Shown here piece by piece: positions 1 to 12,800 of a stretch of 64,000 nucleotides of DNA. Below the pieces are notes generated by a model, which did no database searches, was not told the DNA's origin, and saw only the letters and a program-made list of their open reading frames with translations. Position numbers and translations under genes: made by a program. This DNA comes from Iphione sp. A-MEVVRFRX5 (lineage: Eukaryota), in contig OZ320317.1 of NCBI GenBank assembly GCA_976226885.1, positions 7,502,001-7,566,000 on the forward strand. The letters are read 5' to 3'. How positions within the stretch are numbered: position 1 is the first letter of the stretch; the number at the start of each line of letters is the position of its first letter.

Positions 1-430
1 ACTGAGGCTGGAGCTGGGTGCCTAGAGGGACTAGTGCTGTAGATTGATGCTGGAGCTACGTGCCTAGAGGGACTAGTGCTGAAGACCGAGGCTGGAGCTG
101 GGTGCCTAGAGGGACTAGCACTCTAGACTGAGCCTGGAGCTACATGCCTAGAGGGACTAGTGCTGTAGACTGAGGCTGGAGCTATGTGCCTAGAGGGACT
201 ATTGCTGTAGACTGAGGCTGGAGCTATGTGCCTAGAGGGACCAGTGCTGTAGACTGAGGCTTGAGCTGGGTGCCTAGAGGGACTATTGCTGTAGACGGAG
301 GCTGGAGCTGGGTGCCTAGAGGGACTAGTGCTATAGTCTGATGGTGGAACTGGGTGCCTAGGGAGACTTGTGCTGTAGACTGAGGCAGGAGCTGCATGCC
401 TAGAGGGACTAGTGCTGTAGACTGAGGCTG
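1..430. repeat. 39-bp tandem repeat (gtgcctagagggactagtgctgtagactgaggctggagc...), about 11 units, truncated by the window start
   Basis: The unit recurs every 39 nt and reads as a 13-aa repeat on the minus strand. Confidence 0.9.
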
Positions 431-542
431 TAGGGATGGGCTCCAGTTCTGAGAGAGCTGTCTGGCCGTCTGTGCACCTCCCTCCTGAGTCTGAGTCTGA
501 GTCTTCATGTGAGTGAGCACTAGTCACAGTTAGACTGGGATT
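123..542 (-). CDS. Putative exon encoding a Ser/Pro-rich 13-aa repeat (SVYSTSPSRHPAPA)
   Basis: Open frame in the ORF track (123..605) with an acceptor-like cttactctcccattcAG at 543-544 and a unique acidic lead-in (HEDSDSDSGG). A TAG replaces a Tyr codon at 123-125, while the repeat frame continues beyond it. Confidence 0.35.
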   Translation of the reverse strand, partial: NPSLTVTSAHSHEDSDSDSGGRCTDGQTALSELEPIPTASVYSTSPSRHAAPASVYSTSLPRHPVPPSDYSTSPSRHPAPASVYSNSPSRHPAQASVYSTGPSRHIAPASVYSNSPSRHIAPASVYSTSPSRHVAPGSV

Positions 543-2828
543 CTGAATGGGAGAGTAAGTGCGAGCCACATTGTACTTTTTTGAAAGTACAGTACTTTTT
601 TTCACAGTTTCAGGATTTTGTACTTTTTTGTACTTTTTAAAAGTTTTGTACTTTTTTTGTACTTTTTTTCATCATTTCACAAACTGTTTTCAAGAAATCT
701 ACTATTTTTGTACTTTTTTTGTCCTTTCAAAAAAACCATCTGTTAATATGTGATTTAAAGGGTTTCTTTCAGAATGACATTCTGGTCTCTATCCATACTG
801 AGTGTTGACAACTGTTTGCCATGGCAACTGTATTTCCAATGCTTTCTGTAGATGACACCTAGCCTCAAGAATATTTTGGTGAGTAACAGAATCAGTCTGC
901 CATCAGTGTTTGAAATTAGACTTTCAAACAATGTATCCATTAGGCTCTGAGCTTTGATATATACATACACATGAAAGTATTTCCATGTACTTTCCAAGAA
1001 AAAAGCTGTTTATTCTGTCAAAATTATTTACACTGCCTGGCAGTATGCTTCTTCAAAATGTATATCTGATGTCAAAAAGTGAATACCAGGTTCAGGTTGC
1101 AGGCTTAATTTTGAACACTGCTGAAGGGAGTTGTTTATAGTTGGATTAGAACAAGATCCAAACTGTATCTGGCAATAAAAATTATGACTAGAGAAAAACA
1201 AATTTCCAACCCTAGGATTAAAGCCACACAGCATACAAAATGTGCATGAAAATGAAGAAACATGGATCATTTATAAGGCATTTGTTATCACTTGGCACTG
1301 AAGTGAAATAAAACATGAAGGATAGAAAGAAGTGGACCAACAATTTGCATATTATGGAGGATTACTGAGTGTCAGGTCATCCTTCTAGCACAATTCCTGA
1401 TCAGATGATGACATGGAAACACCAAATGATTCATCATTTTATACAACTTCAAAGGAAAAACTACCTTGCACCACTCTTCTGAACAGTGGATCTCTAGATA
1501 TTATTTCACAAAGATTTTTGTTGCTGCCTCATCAGAACTGGATGAAATTCTATCATATTTTTAGGAGTGCTATGGCCATATCAAAATCCCAATGTCATCA
1601 GATATCTGAGTCATTATTTTCAGCACAAACAACTGATGAAAGATACAGATTGAAGAATTTGTATACACAGACAAGGATCAAGGACTGATCTGATTTGTGC
1701 CAAGTCACACATAAAACTTATTACTAAGTGTGTGGTGTCCAGTGACTATCAGTAACTATTACTGATCCGTCCATGTATAATGTACCCATAAGTGGTTAAT
1801 TGTGATGGTGAGAACCAGTGAATAATATTAATAAAACATTTTTTGTTTTTTTAGCCATGTTATAACCAAGGGCACTTGAACAAGGCAACAATTGTCATGG
1901 CTAGACTGGACTGAAACACTCAGTATGTTGTGAGAGACGTCATTCACATTTTGACCTAATGCAAGTATTATCCCAATTTAATGCCTATTAAACTTCAGCA
2001 AGGTAAATTATGAAGCGTACTTTTTTTGTACTTTTTTCAAGTTCATTTTGTACTTTTTTTTCACCAATTTCTGTACTTTTTTCTGGCAAAGAGTCTGTGG
2101 CAACACTGGCCTTAGTGTGAGGGAGTGAATGTGTCTGTGTGTTTGTTGTCCACTTTCTCCTGCTAGTCTGGATGTGACTTGCTTCACCATTCGAGTGCAT
2201 GTATTGTGCTATTGCATACATTGCATCATAGAACACAAACCATTGTTACATCATGAACAACGTACATACATGTATATTTCCTGTGTCTTGTAGTCGGACA
2301 TATCCGTCATACTTGACCCCGTGACCTTTCCAGGTGATGGGACACACACCAAGCCTCATGTATAGGTATCTTTTCACATATTGCACACGTGACATGAGCC
2401 TAGAGGTAATATGTAGGGAGACTGACACACCTACACTGGTTGGAGTGCTTCGAGAGGGAGGATTGAGCTCACACTAGAGGGAAATGACTTAATAAACTCA
2501 GCCATATCGGGTGAAATTGCCAGCTGCTACCATCCATATGAAGATGTAGGTCCTGCACGTAAAACTTAGTCTTCCCAGTTCCCAAGAAAGACCTCTATGA
2601 AAATACACAGGCACCCATTGGTCTGTTCCACAGGATCTCAGCTCAGTCCTGCACTACTGACTCTAGATGGCGCATGTGAAGGGCAACTGCTCTGAGGTCT
2701 TGACTTCGTTAAGTCACCTACGCCTGGTTATAATGCCGGCAACATGAAACCAGGCCATTTTCCTAAACAAATTTTGTTTTGTTTTTAATCGTTTCAAATT
2801 GTGAACAATTCTCTCCAACCAGCAATTG

Positions 2829-2988
2829 CAGGCCCGTAGCCAGGGCTTTTTGTGGGGGGTATTGGACGATACCCCCAATACCACAGAGGTGGAACTAATT
2901 TTTAAAAATCCATATAAGGATCTATAGTAATCAATCTCTTTGGGGGGTATCGTCCGATACCCCCGATACCCCCTTGGCTACGGGCCTG
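2829..2988. mobile_element. MITE / non-autonomous DNA transposon (160 bp)
   Basis: Terminal inverted repeats caggcccgtagcca ... tggctacgggcctg, with internal palindromic ggggggtat...gataccccc motifs. No clear TSD. Confidence 0.7.
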
Positions 2989-3299
2989 GATTGGGAAGGC
3001 TTCCTAAGCCAGGGTGAGAAGTTAATGAATAGCATTAACACCGTGCCAACTTTTATCTTATGTCATGCCTGAGGACATATGTTCAAAACCTAGTGTGTCA
3101 TATTTCACAGTAAAAGCTAAATCTATTGATTCTTGATCATCACCTAGCAACATCCTCTCGTGAGGTCAAGCAGGTTTTCTCTTCGAAGTAATTCTCAAAT
3201 CACCAAAATCATAGTCGCTAGTGATGTACATGTAGCATTTTCTCTGCTTAGAAAGGAAAGACCAGAGCAGACTGGAGGTTGATGAACATTCCTCAATCA

Positions 3300-3530
3300 T
3301 CGCACTACAGCCTCAGGAACATCAGGGGCCTTCATAGTAGTGCAGCCGAAGCCTTGATGTTTAGAAAATGGTAGCTAAGGGTTTTAAATTTTAATACATT
3401 CAAGACCTCAGCAGACAGGTTGACCGCCATTACCAGCTTATCCCACTACAGGCTCAGGAACATCAGGGGCCTTCATAGACCTGTAGCCAAAGCTTTCACG
3501 TTCAGAAAATCATAGCAGAGGGTTTCAAAT
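3300..3530. repeat. Two-copy direct repeat, period about 145 bp
   Basis: cactacag(c/g)ctcaggaacatcaggggccttcatag occurs at about 3303 and 3445. Confidence 0.7.
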
Positions 3531-3799
3531 TTGAATATATTAAAATTATATTAAAATGGTAGTAATTTATTAATAATCTTAGTTTAAGGAATTTTTTGCA
3601 ATATTCCATGGCCCCAATATAAATGATAGGAAACGGACACATGAATAAAGTGGTAAATAGTACACAAAATCAGCACAAATAACCGTTCAGTTTTTTCAGT
3701 GTAAAGCTTTATTTGACATAATCTGCTCACTGGGCCCTCTATAAAGGCACACGGTAATATTCCTGTACACAAAATCAGCATAAATATCAATTATTTAAC

Positions 3800-4445
3800 G
3801 TGTACACCAAGGCCCCTGAAACAACCACAGGAGCTGGATGGTGCATGGATGGAATCAATCAGAAAATACATGACGAAATTAATATGCCATTGATCACATT
3901 CATACCACATGGTTCCTTATGTAACCTATAGCCACATAGAGTGTTGCTGTACATAAGTTAGCTTGTACACCAAAGCCCCTGAAACAACCATGGGAGCTAG
4001 ATGGTGCATGGATGGAATCGATCAGGAAATACACATGACAAAAGTAATACGCCCTTGATCACATTCATACCACATGGTTCCTTATATAACCTAGAGCCAT
4101 ATAGAGTTGCTGTACATAAGTTAGCTTGTACATCAAGGCCCCTGAAACAAGCATGGGAGCTGGATGGTGCATGGATGGAATCAATCCGAAAATACATGAC
4201 GAAAGTAATATGCCCTTGATCACATTCATACCACATGGATCCTTAAATATAACCTATACCCATATAGAGTGTTGCTGTACATAAATTAGTTTGGACACCA
4301 AAGCCCCTGAAACAACCATGGGAGCTGGATGGTGCATGGATGGAATCAATCACATGACAAAAGTAATATGACATTGATCACATTCATACCACATGGACCC
4401 TTATGTAACCTAAAGTTACACAGAGTGTGGCTGTACACACATACG
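3800..4445. repeat. Tandem repeat of about 163 bp, 4 copies
   Basis: gcccctgaaacaacc...ggagctggatggtgcatggatggaatc...ttgatcacattcataccacatgg recurs at about 3812, 3975, 4138 and 4303. Confidence 0.85.
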
Positions 4446-5553
4446 TTAGCTAGTATTCGTGTTAGTACCTGACTTGAGCGGCTGTGACTTGGCCACCGTT
4501 GAGCATGTTGGTGCGATATATGAAACTCCCTAACCTCTGTTCAACGACCTCCCAACAATAAAAGGAATGTATATAACCAGTCATACTGAATAAATTCTCT
4601 CCCCTGGGCTTCTTCGTGAATGCTCATCGTGTATACGATTTTGACTTGCAGTGCAAGAACTTATCCCAATTATATGGGAAAACTATCAATTCAGTCAATC
4701 TGTTCATCGACTCTGTACGTTATAAATATTACATGTAAGAGTGAAATGTTAATTTGGCTCATTTCTATAGCAACAAAAATTGGACGGCATTTATGAACTG
4801 CGTAAGAAACTGCGTTAACAGAAGTCGACAAATACTGACTATATTAAAGAATAAAACTGCCAGTTCCATGCAATCAATAGGTAAGGATGCTGTACATTGC
4901 AGGGAAGGACTTTCGTAAGCACGTCTATATTTAAGGGGTTTGGCTTCGTGTACAATGTACTAGGAAAAGGAATAACAGTATCAACTAACAACTTTAGTTA
5001 TACTGTCGCACACTAGGTGTCCTCCTGAGATAGGTGTACAGGTGGCGCCACTGCAGACAGCCTGTGGACGCATTCAGTAATGCTCTGTATGCCTACCCGT
5101 TTTAGACAGAGGTTGAAGACAGGAACTGCTCAAAAGAATAGAATTAATTAAATGTCCTACCAGACTCTAGACAGCTGTCACCATAACCAATGGACCGAAC
5201 GCCTTTTTACCTCATACAGTGCTCAATGACTTGAAATGGGTAGAGAGGCTATGACAGCCAACTACAACAGCCCACATGCTGCTAGTAAAAAAGCCAGATA
5301 GGAGCCGTCTTTCCAAGCCCAAAACACCCACTTCTGCTATCAGATTTTTATAAACCATATATCAGATGAAAGCTAAGAACCTAAGGAAGAAGATGAGCTA
5401 CCGCTTGTCTCTCTAGCTTAATTTACAAGGAAATTACAGCCATGTAAAGTCTGGTGCTCACTTGGTGCTTAACCATCGCTCACCAATCAAAAAATATCAA
5501 CACTTTGATTTAATGCCGTAATGACGTAAAACGGTGATCAGTCCATTGACTCC

Positions 5554-5756
5554 ACTTCACTGCAAGCTTACATCGCTCTTACCATAGCCGACTCGCTCCA
5601 CGTGTCACTTGAATGCTGCAAGCTGATGTCACAGATCCACAACTCGGATGCACTTCACTGCAAGCTTACATCACAGGTGGCTCTTACCATAGCCGACTCG
5701 CTCCACGTGTCACTTGAATGCTGCAAGCTGATCTCACAGATCCACAACTCGGATGC
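5554..5756. repeat. Two-copy direct repeat of about 100 bp
   Basis: cacttcactgcaagcttacatc...ctccacgtgtcacttgaatgctgcaagctgat...cacaactcggatg is duplicated. Confidence 0.8.
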
Positions 5757-6544
5757 ACCTCAGAGAGTAAGGAACTTACGTCACAGGAAGCTCTCACCTT
5801 AACCGACTCACACAGCTTGCAACTCATACCACTACAAGCCTTCATCACCAGCAGCTGATTCTCTCTCACTGGATCAGATCATCTTTCCATACTTAACTTC
5901 CAGGATTCTTTCAAGAAAGTGTCTGATATTTGTTATGAAAACAAGAGACAAATAGTCCACTAGTATGCCAAAGGATGACGTCATTCTTCAGCGACTTTGC
6001 TGCATGATGCTAGATGTTGCGGGTGATACACGTCCGTGAGAGAGAAGCAGGTTATGACAAGAACTGTCCTGTTCACAGCCGAGTTCCCAACCTTTATTAA
6101 CAAGTATGCCAGACTGAAAACCCATCAGAGCTGAGGAGTGACTTAGAGTTGCATAGTTAAGAGATTTTCCCTGAACTGTATGCTACAATTAGTTCGCTTT
6201 TAAACCACTGGTCCGGGTCTCTGCAGTGGGCTCATCAGTGTTTGATATCGTACAGATGTCTGCCTGAAATGAATACACACACACACACGAAGGAGCTAAT
6301 ATACTCTGACATCCAAGATTAAAACCCAAACTGACACTTCTGAGATGCTTGCAGTGCATGTATTTGCATCCGACAGCTAGTTTCTATTGAGGTGATGGGT
6401 TTTCTTGCCAGCTGTCACCATCCACATCTTCTCTTTCTGACAGGTAAGTATCGCCCTCCATTTCACAGATCTGCAAGTATCAAGGAGTGCATTCGTGCAA
6501 GCAGAAAAGTCGCGGAGCATGATATGAGAATTGGGTGCAGTGGT

Positions 6545-6775
6545 GAAGTGGGACGAGTAGTTCAGGCACAGGGACACGTGGTCAGCATGGCCAGAGCACG
6601 TGCTCACAAGGTAGCTCAGGCACAGGTACGCATGGTAGGCATGGCCAGAGGACATGCTCAGGAGGTCGCTCAGACAGAGGTACACGTGGTAAGCATGGCC
6701 TGAGGACATGTCCACGAGGCAGCTCAGGCACAGGTCAGTGTGATCAGGATGGCCGGAGCACGTGCTCAGAAACCA
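6545..6775. repeat. 57-bp degenerate tandem repeat, about 4 copies, just 3' of the RABL2 stop
   Basis: ctcagg(c)acag(a/g)gtac(a/g)c(g/a)tggt...gcatggcc recurs every 57 nt. Confidence 0.7.
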
Positions 6776-6866
6776 GATACCACAGACTTCATTGCATGAC
6801 AACAAATATGTACAGAAAAGAATGATCGCGCACATTCGTCACCACACCAAGCATGAAAGACTGCCA

Positions 6867-9800
6867 TCACGAGCAGGCGCTGTCTGTGCCATTCTTATCC
6901 GCATCATCCTTCTCATCTTTACCCTCTGACTGGGTGGTCGAGTCAGTGCCACTCTCCATATTCTGAAAGAGAACATAGACAATAGGCATACACACAATGT
7001 ACACTACACATGTAAACAACATAGAAGGACTCTAACCTTTAATGGTCTTCACAACAGAAAGTGTTTTGTGAGCAGATCAAGAGACATGATGGAGACTATA
7101 CACTGAACAAGAAAACTCCGGTGCTATTCCTTTCAAAGCAAAAAGTGAAATTGTGCATTGGTGCATACATATAGAATTAGATTGTAAACATTCGTAAGTG
7201 CTACAGTTCGGTAGAGTATGTGTCTACCTTAGTATGTTATCTACGTATGACCAGTAACATATACTTCCGATAAAAAAAAAGTTGATTCATTTATCAGGTT
7301 CATTACAACACATTTATTGTTCTTTAACTCAACCATCGCTGGTCAAAGATACGCTTGAAATATCCAAAACATCCAACACAGCAAAATCTACAGTTGAAAG
7401 GAGAACTTAAAACTATGGTTTCGCTCAAGAAAAGAGAGAGCTGTTGATTTAAAGCTAAATACCTCTAGCTCTTTCATGATTTCATCCGTGAAATCTGTAG
7501 GATTATTTTTGTAGGCCAATGCCGCTCGGATCGCATCTCGGAAACACTGTTGTAGAAACGTGTCATGCTCATTGAGTATACTCAGCATAAATTGTCTATA
7601 TACACAGCATAATTTTCCCAAAATTCGTTTTCTATCGTTATCAAATGTCATCTCTCCTACTAAAGGATATCACAAGATTAAGATCAAATGTTGATTCATA
7701 ATAAGTAACAAGATTCTCATGGTACGTACCTTCACTACATTGGTACCATCCGAGGCCGAGACAAAGTAGAAAGGCATGTGGTTCTTTTTGGAAAAGCTAA
7801 AGCTCTTCTTAGTTACGCTATAGTCAACTGAAAAGAAAAGTTATAACATTAATCCAAGAAAACATTAGACACCTTGTGTCCGTTCCAGGTACTAAAGTCA
7901 TCGTTAAAGTTACGTCTGAAGACTAGACTAGAGCACCAGACATTTGTGACACAATCACAGATATCTTTAAGAAGCGGTACTACTCAGTGTTTCTAATACA
8001 CCGTATACCTTACAATAACTATGGCAGGTATTTATTGAGGCCTTTTATACATTCATATAAAAGAATACACGCTCCATGTACCTCTGGACCAAACCTGCTG
8101 AGTATCACTGGATTGATGACTGACCCTGCTCTTCTAAGAGGAGCAAGTTTCTGATCTTCATTCTTGTATTTTTGTAATTCTGCAAGACACAATGTGTCCT
8201 CACCTCACCCTCCATTCATCCCAAAAGACTAAAAACTGCTGGTGAGTCACATGACCCATGATAACCCACAGATCATCATGGGACAGAGAAAAAGTGAACA
8301 ACTGTTGAATACCAAATAAATGATACCTGCGAGCCACAACAGGCAAAACCCTGAACCCCATGCCACCTGTAGCGACAACAGTTACCAACCACACTAAGAA
8401 AAAACAGTAAAATAATGGACTGTCTGCCATATGCGGTTAGCAACAAATATTGTTGGGAAAGTAACCAGGGTGGTTGCCAGGATATCCATTAAGATACCCT
8501 CACAGAGCATGACTCACCCCAGCAATAACCCCACAGAGAATGACTCAGCATAGCGATACCCCGACAGAGCATGACTCAGCATAGCAATACCCCCGCGGTG
8601 TATGACTCACCATAGCAATACCCCCACAGAGCATGACTCAGCATAGCAATACCCCCGCGGTGTATGACTCACCATAGCAATACCCCAACAGAGCATGACT
8701 CAGCATAGCAATACCCCCGCGGTGTATGACTCAGCATAGCAATACCCCCCCGGAGCATGACTCAGCATAGCAATACCCCCCCGGAGCATGACTCAGCATA
8801 GCAATACCCCCATGGAGCAGGACTCAGTGTAGCAATACCCCGACAGAGCATGACTCACCATAGCAATACCCCCACAGAGCATGACTCAGCATAGCAATAC
8901 CCCCATGGAGCAGGACTCAGCATAGCAATACCCTCACAGAGCATGACTCAGCATAGCAATACCCCAACAGAGCATGACTCAGCATAGCAATACCCCCGCG
9001 GTGTATGACTCACCATAGCAATACCCCCACGGAGCATGACTCAGCATAGCAATACCCCCATGGAGCAGGACTCAGTGTAGCAATACCCTCACAGAGCATG
9101 ACTCAGCATAGCAATACCCCCCACAGAGCATGACTCAGCATAGCAATACCCCCGCAGTGTATGACTCACCATAGCAATACCCCCCACAGAGCATGACTCA
9201 GCATAGCAATACCCCCATGGAGCAGGACTAAGCACAGCAATACCCCCATGGAGCAGGACTCAGCATAGCAATACCCTCACAGAGCATGACTCACCATAGG
9301 AATACCCCCACAGAGCAGGACTCAGCGTAGCAATACCCCCACGGTGCATGACTTACCATAGCAATACCCCCACAGAGCATGACTCAGTGTAGCAATACCC
9401 CCACGGTGTATGACTCAGCGTAGCAATACCCCCACGGTGCATGACTTACCATAGCAATACCCCCCACAGAGCATGACTCAGCATAGCAATACCCCCATGG
9501 AGCAGGACTCAGCATAGCAATACCCTCACAGAGCATGACTCACCATAGCAATACCCCCACGGAGCATGACTCAGCATAGCAATACCCCCATGGAGCAGGA
9601 CTAAGCACAGCAATACCCCCATGGAGCAGGACTCAGCATAGCAATACCCTCACAGAGCATGACTCACCATAGGAATACCCCCACAGAGCATGACTCAGCG
9701 TAGCAATACCCCCACGGTGCATGACTTACCATAGCAATACCCCCACAGAGCATGACTCAGTGTAGCAATACCCCCACGGTGTATGACTCAGCGTAGCAAT

Positions 9801-12800
9801 ACCCCCACGGTGCATGACTTACCATAGCAATACCCCCCACAGAGCATGACTCAGCATAGCAATACCCCCATGGAGCAGGACTCAGCATAGCAATACCCTC
9901 ACAGAGCATGACTCACCATAGCAATACCCCCACGGAGCATGACTCAGCATAGCAATAATATGTCAACAGAAGCAATGACTTCACTTTTCAAGGTAGCACG
10001 CAATTGTCTGTTTGTTTCCAGCCATGTTTTATGACTCAGCTTCTGATCTCCTGCCGGTCTTCTTTAAGCAAAATGGAGCAATGCAATTCTGATCTGCTCC
10101 CGGTCAGACGCAGTGGAGATGAGAACAGCCACCTCACACCTCTCATAACAAGATTGTAGTCCCACGAGGTCTATTGTCCCCCGCCACTAAGTGCCCATTT
10201 CATGCTTGACTGCACCTCCCTTGGTCAAAGAGTGTGAGTGAGTGAGTGATTGAGTGTGTGTATGTGTGTATGTGCATGCATGTGTGTGTGTTAGCAAAAG
10301 AGTACATTGACATAATTTTATCTTTAGCATACTTGAATTACTACCAAAATTACCCAGTTCCATGGGTCCATGGACATAAGTATCATATATCAAAATTGGT
10401 TCATTTGACTGATGGGTTTTAGAGTTATAAGACCCACAAGAGTGGGATGGAAGGTAGGATGGTCAGACAGCACCATTCCTAAGGTCTCCCCATCCATGAG
10501 GTGGGGGACAATAGACCGATCGCCAGCCCCAAAAGAAACAGGTAGCGCGGATGTAATTTTTATGAATTATTATGTCATGGCGTGAATCCACCAATCAAAT
10601 AGCTTAAAATTGCAACAATGTCCTACTTACGTAAAAATTACGCCCACGCTTCCCGTTTCTTTCGTGGCTGGCGATCGGTCTATTACAAGACCAAGAACCC
10701 TACTGCAGCCAGAACATTTGAAACTGAGTATTAGAAAAAAAAGTCATACGTGTACTCTTCTTGACAACAGCAGAATAAAACTGTCCATTCACTGCACCTA
10801 CCATCTATTTTATTGGCAGCACATAAACACGGTATTTCTGGTCGATATTCGCGCAGCTCGGAGTACCACATGGGAAGATTTTTGTATGTTACCTTCCTAG
10901 TCACGTCAAAAACCTGGACAATAAGGAATACAACAGAATAATGTTTATCACTTAGATATTGTATTTTAGTAGAAGGATTTAAATGTATTCTTTACTCCAT
11001 AAATGGTATTACAAAACCTACAAAGCAATCATCGGATGATGCATGAGACAAAGTATTACTACTTATTAGGGACAGAGTAGGCAGAGCGATGTCATTGTTT
11101 GAGGGGGTGATTATTTGTACACTTAGTTTGAGGATAAACTCTGGCCATCTGGAACTTTAAAAAAAAAAGGGTTTCTTGGAGAACCCATAGCAAATGGAGA
11201 GTGGCGATTTTCCAAACTGCTGGTATCCACATACTTCACGACACACCCGTCTGCCTCACAGGCCATTTCACCGTGGAAGGGGGAATTAATGTGGTAAGGT
11301 CATTGTGAACACATACAGACTGGCAAGTTTCCTCGTTCGTCCAGGAATGATACTTACTAATATACAGGCATGTGCTTGATAGTAGTAGGAAGGGTGCATA
11401 CTCGAGAAACGTTCCTGTCCTGCAGTATCCCAGAAATCTGTAACCATCAATATATCGTTATAAACAGCTTTACTAATATCATACATGTATATATACATTA
11501 TAAATATAGTTATATAGAGAGCCCTTAAATCACGTCTATGCAATAAACAACATGTGATTTCATTGGCTATGACATGATATTTCCAAAAAGGAAACTAATA
11601 ATCTATAGATATGAATATAAATGTCATACATACTATTACATGATTATAATAATACATACATATATATATATATATATATTGTTTAATGAAACAAGGCTGT
11701 TATTGAGGGTTAGAATGCCTCCGGTCCAGAATGCTGCATGTTTCCCAGAGCAGAGGCTGAGTGGAGTAGGTTAAGGAAGGGGTGTATATAAGGTGGCATC
11801 CCATGGCGTCCATGTGTATGATAAGGTATGGGTGAAGGCCTACTCCATCCTAATGTCAGCTATACATAGCTTCATTGTGGAAGCTGTAGATTGAGGTTTT
11901 ATATGGTTACACTGGACTTAGATTTGAAGCTGTGGTACGAGGATCCTTGTCAAGCTGTCGCTGGTTAATTCAATAAGCAAAACATTTGCATCAAACTATA
12001 GAGGTGACTCCGAAGTCCGAACACTTGAAAACCAAACTTTCCCTAAACCGAACGATTTTTCTGGGAACCAACCATTTCCTATATATAGCTACTCAGATAT
12101 CTAAAATATTCAATTTCCGAATCTGAACTCTGTTATTTTGTTTAAATTAAGTTAAATTATATTAAAAAAACGAATGCTCTCCCCCAAGTTTATTATAAAT
12201 CAAAGGGAAGTGCTACTGTTTGATGAGCTGGCACCTCCTAGAGCTGACTGTGGGTTGTGACAACCTAAAGTAAGAGAACAAAGCGCAGAGCGTCTAACAT
12301 AGGTTAAAAGTCGTTTTTCGGCAGTTTCTCCATGGGATCTGCCACTATGCAAAATCCGAATTGTTGAATGTTCAGTTTTGGAATTCACTCTGTATATCCC
12401 TTTATAAGAAACATTTGTCAATGGATAGCCATAGCAAAAATATGGATTTCTGGGTGAATTCCCAGATAACTTAGCCTTGAGAGGAAAAGGGGCAGAATAC
12501 TATGTACGATATGGTAGCCCTGGGGTTCCATAGTTGCATATGAGTAACAAATTAAGGGATAAATGTCAACAGACATATGTATCTGAAACATGTACTAATT
12601 TAAGCATGTATGGGTATTGTGTTGATAAATGGTATCACTGAAATAAACTATCATAGACGCATATGTGTTGTGTATTTAGAAATGCATACTTACCCACTTG
12701 AACTTCTTGATCATCTATCGTTGTCTTGTATTTAAATAAAGTCAATGCATATGTAGACAATTGCTGTGGCTGGCTATCGAACGGTTAAGGAAAATGTATA

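Noticed and set aside
815-828. Near-perfect X-box TTTGCCATGGCAAC
   Set aside because: There is no identifiable gene start nearby; a single motif without context is not supportable.
6377-6835. 152-aa ORF with 19-aa Cys/His repeats downstream of RABL2
   Set aside because: It is explained by a 57-bp repeat (a multiple of 3) in the probable 3' UTR, with no zinc-finger spacing.
8507-9958. CRISPR-like array
   Set aside because: Units are contiguous with no unique spacers, the context is eukaryotic, and there are no cas genes. The same applies to the 39-bp and 29-bp arrays.
11998-12395. Possible second Tc1-like MITE
   Set aside because: The terminal repeats are too degenerate to define the ends confidently.
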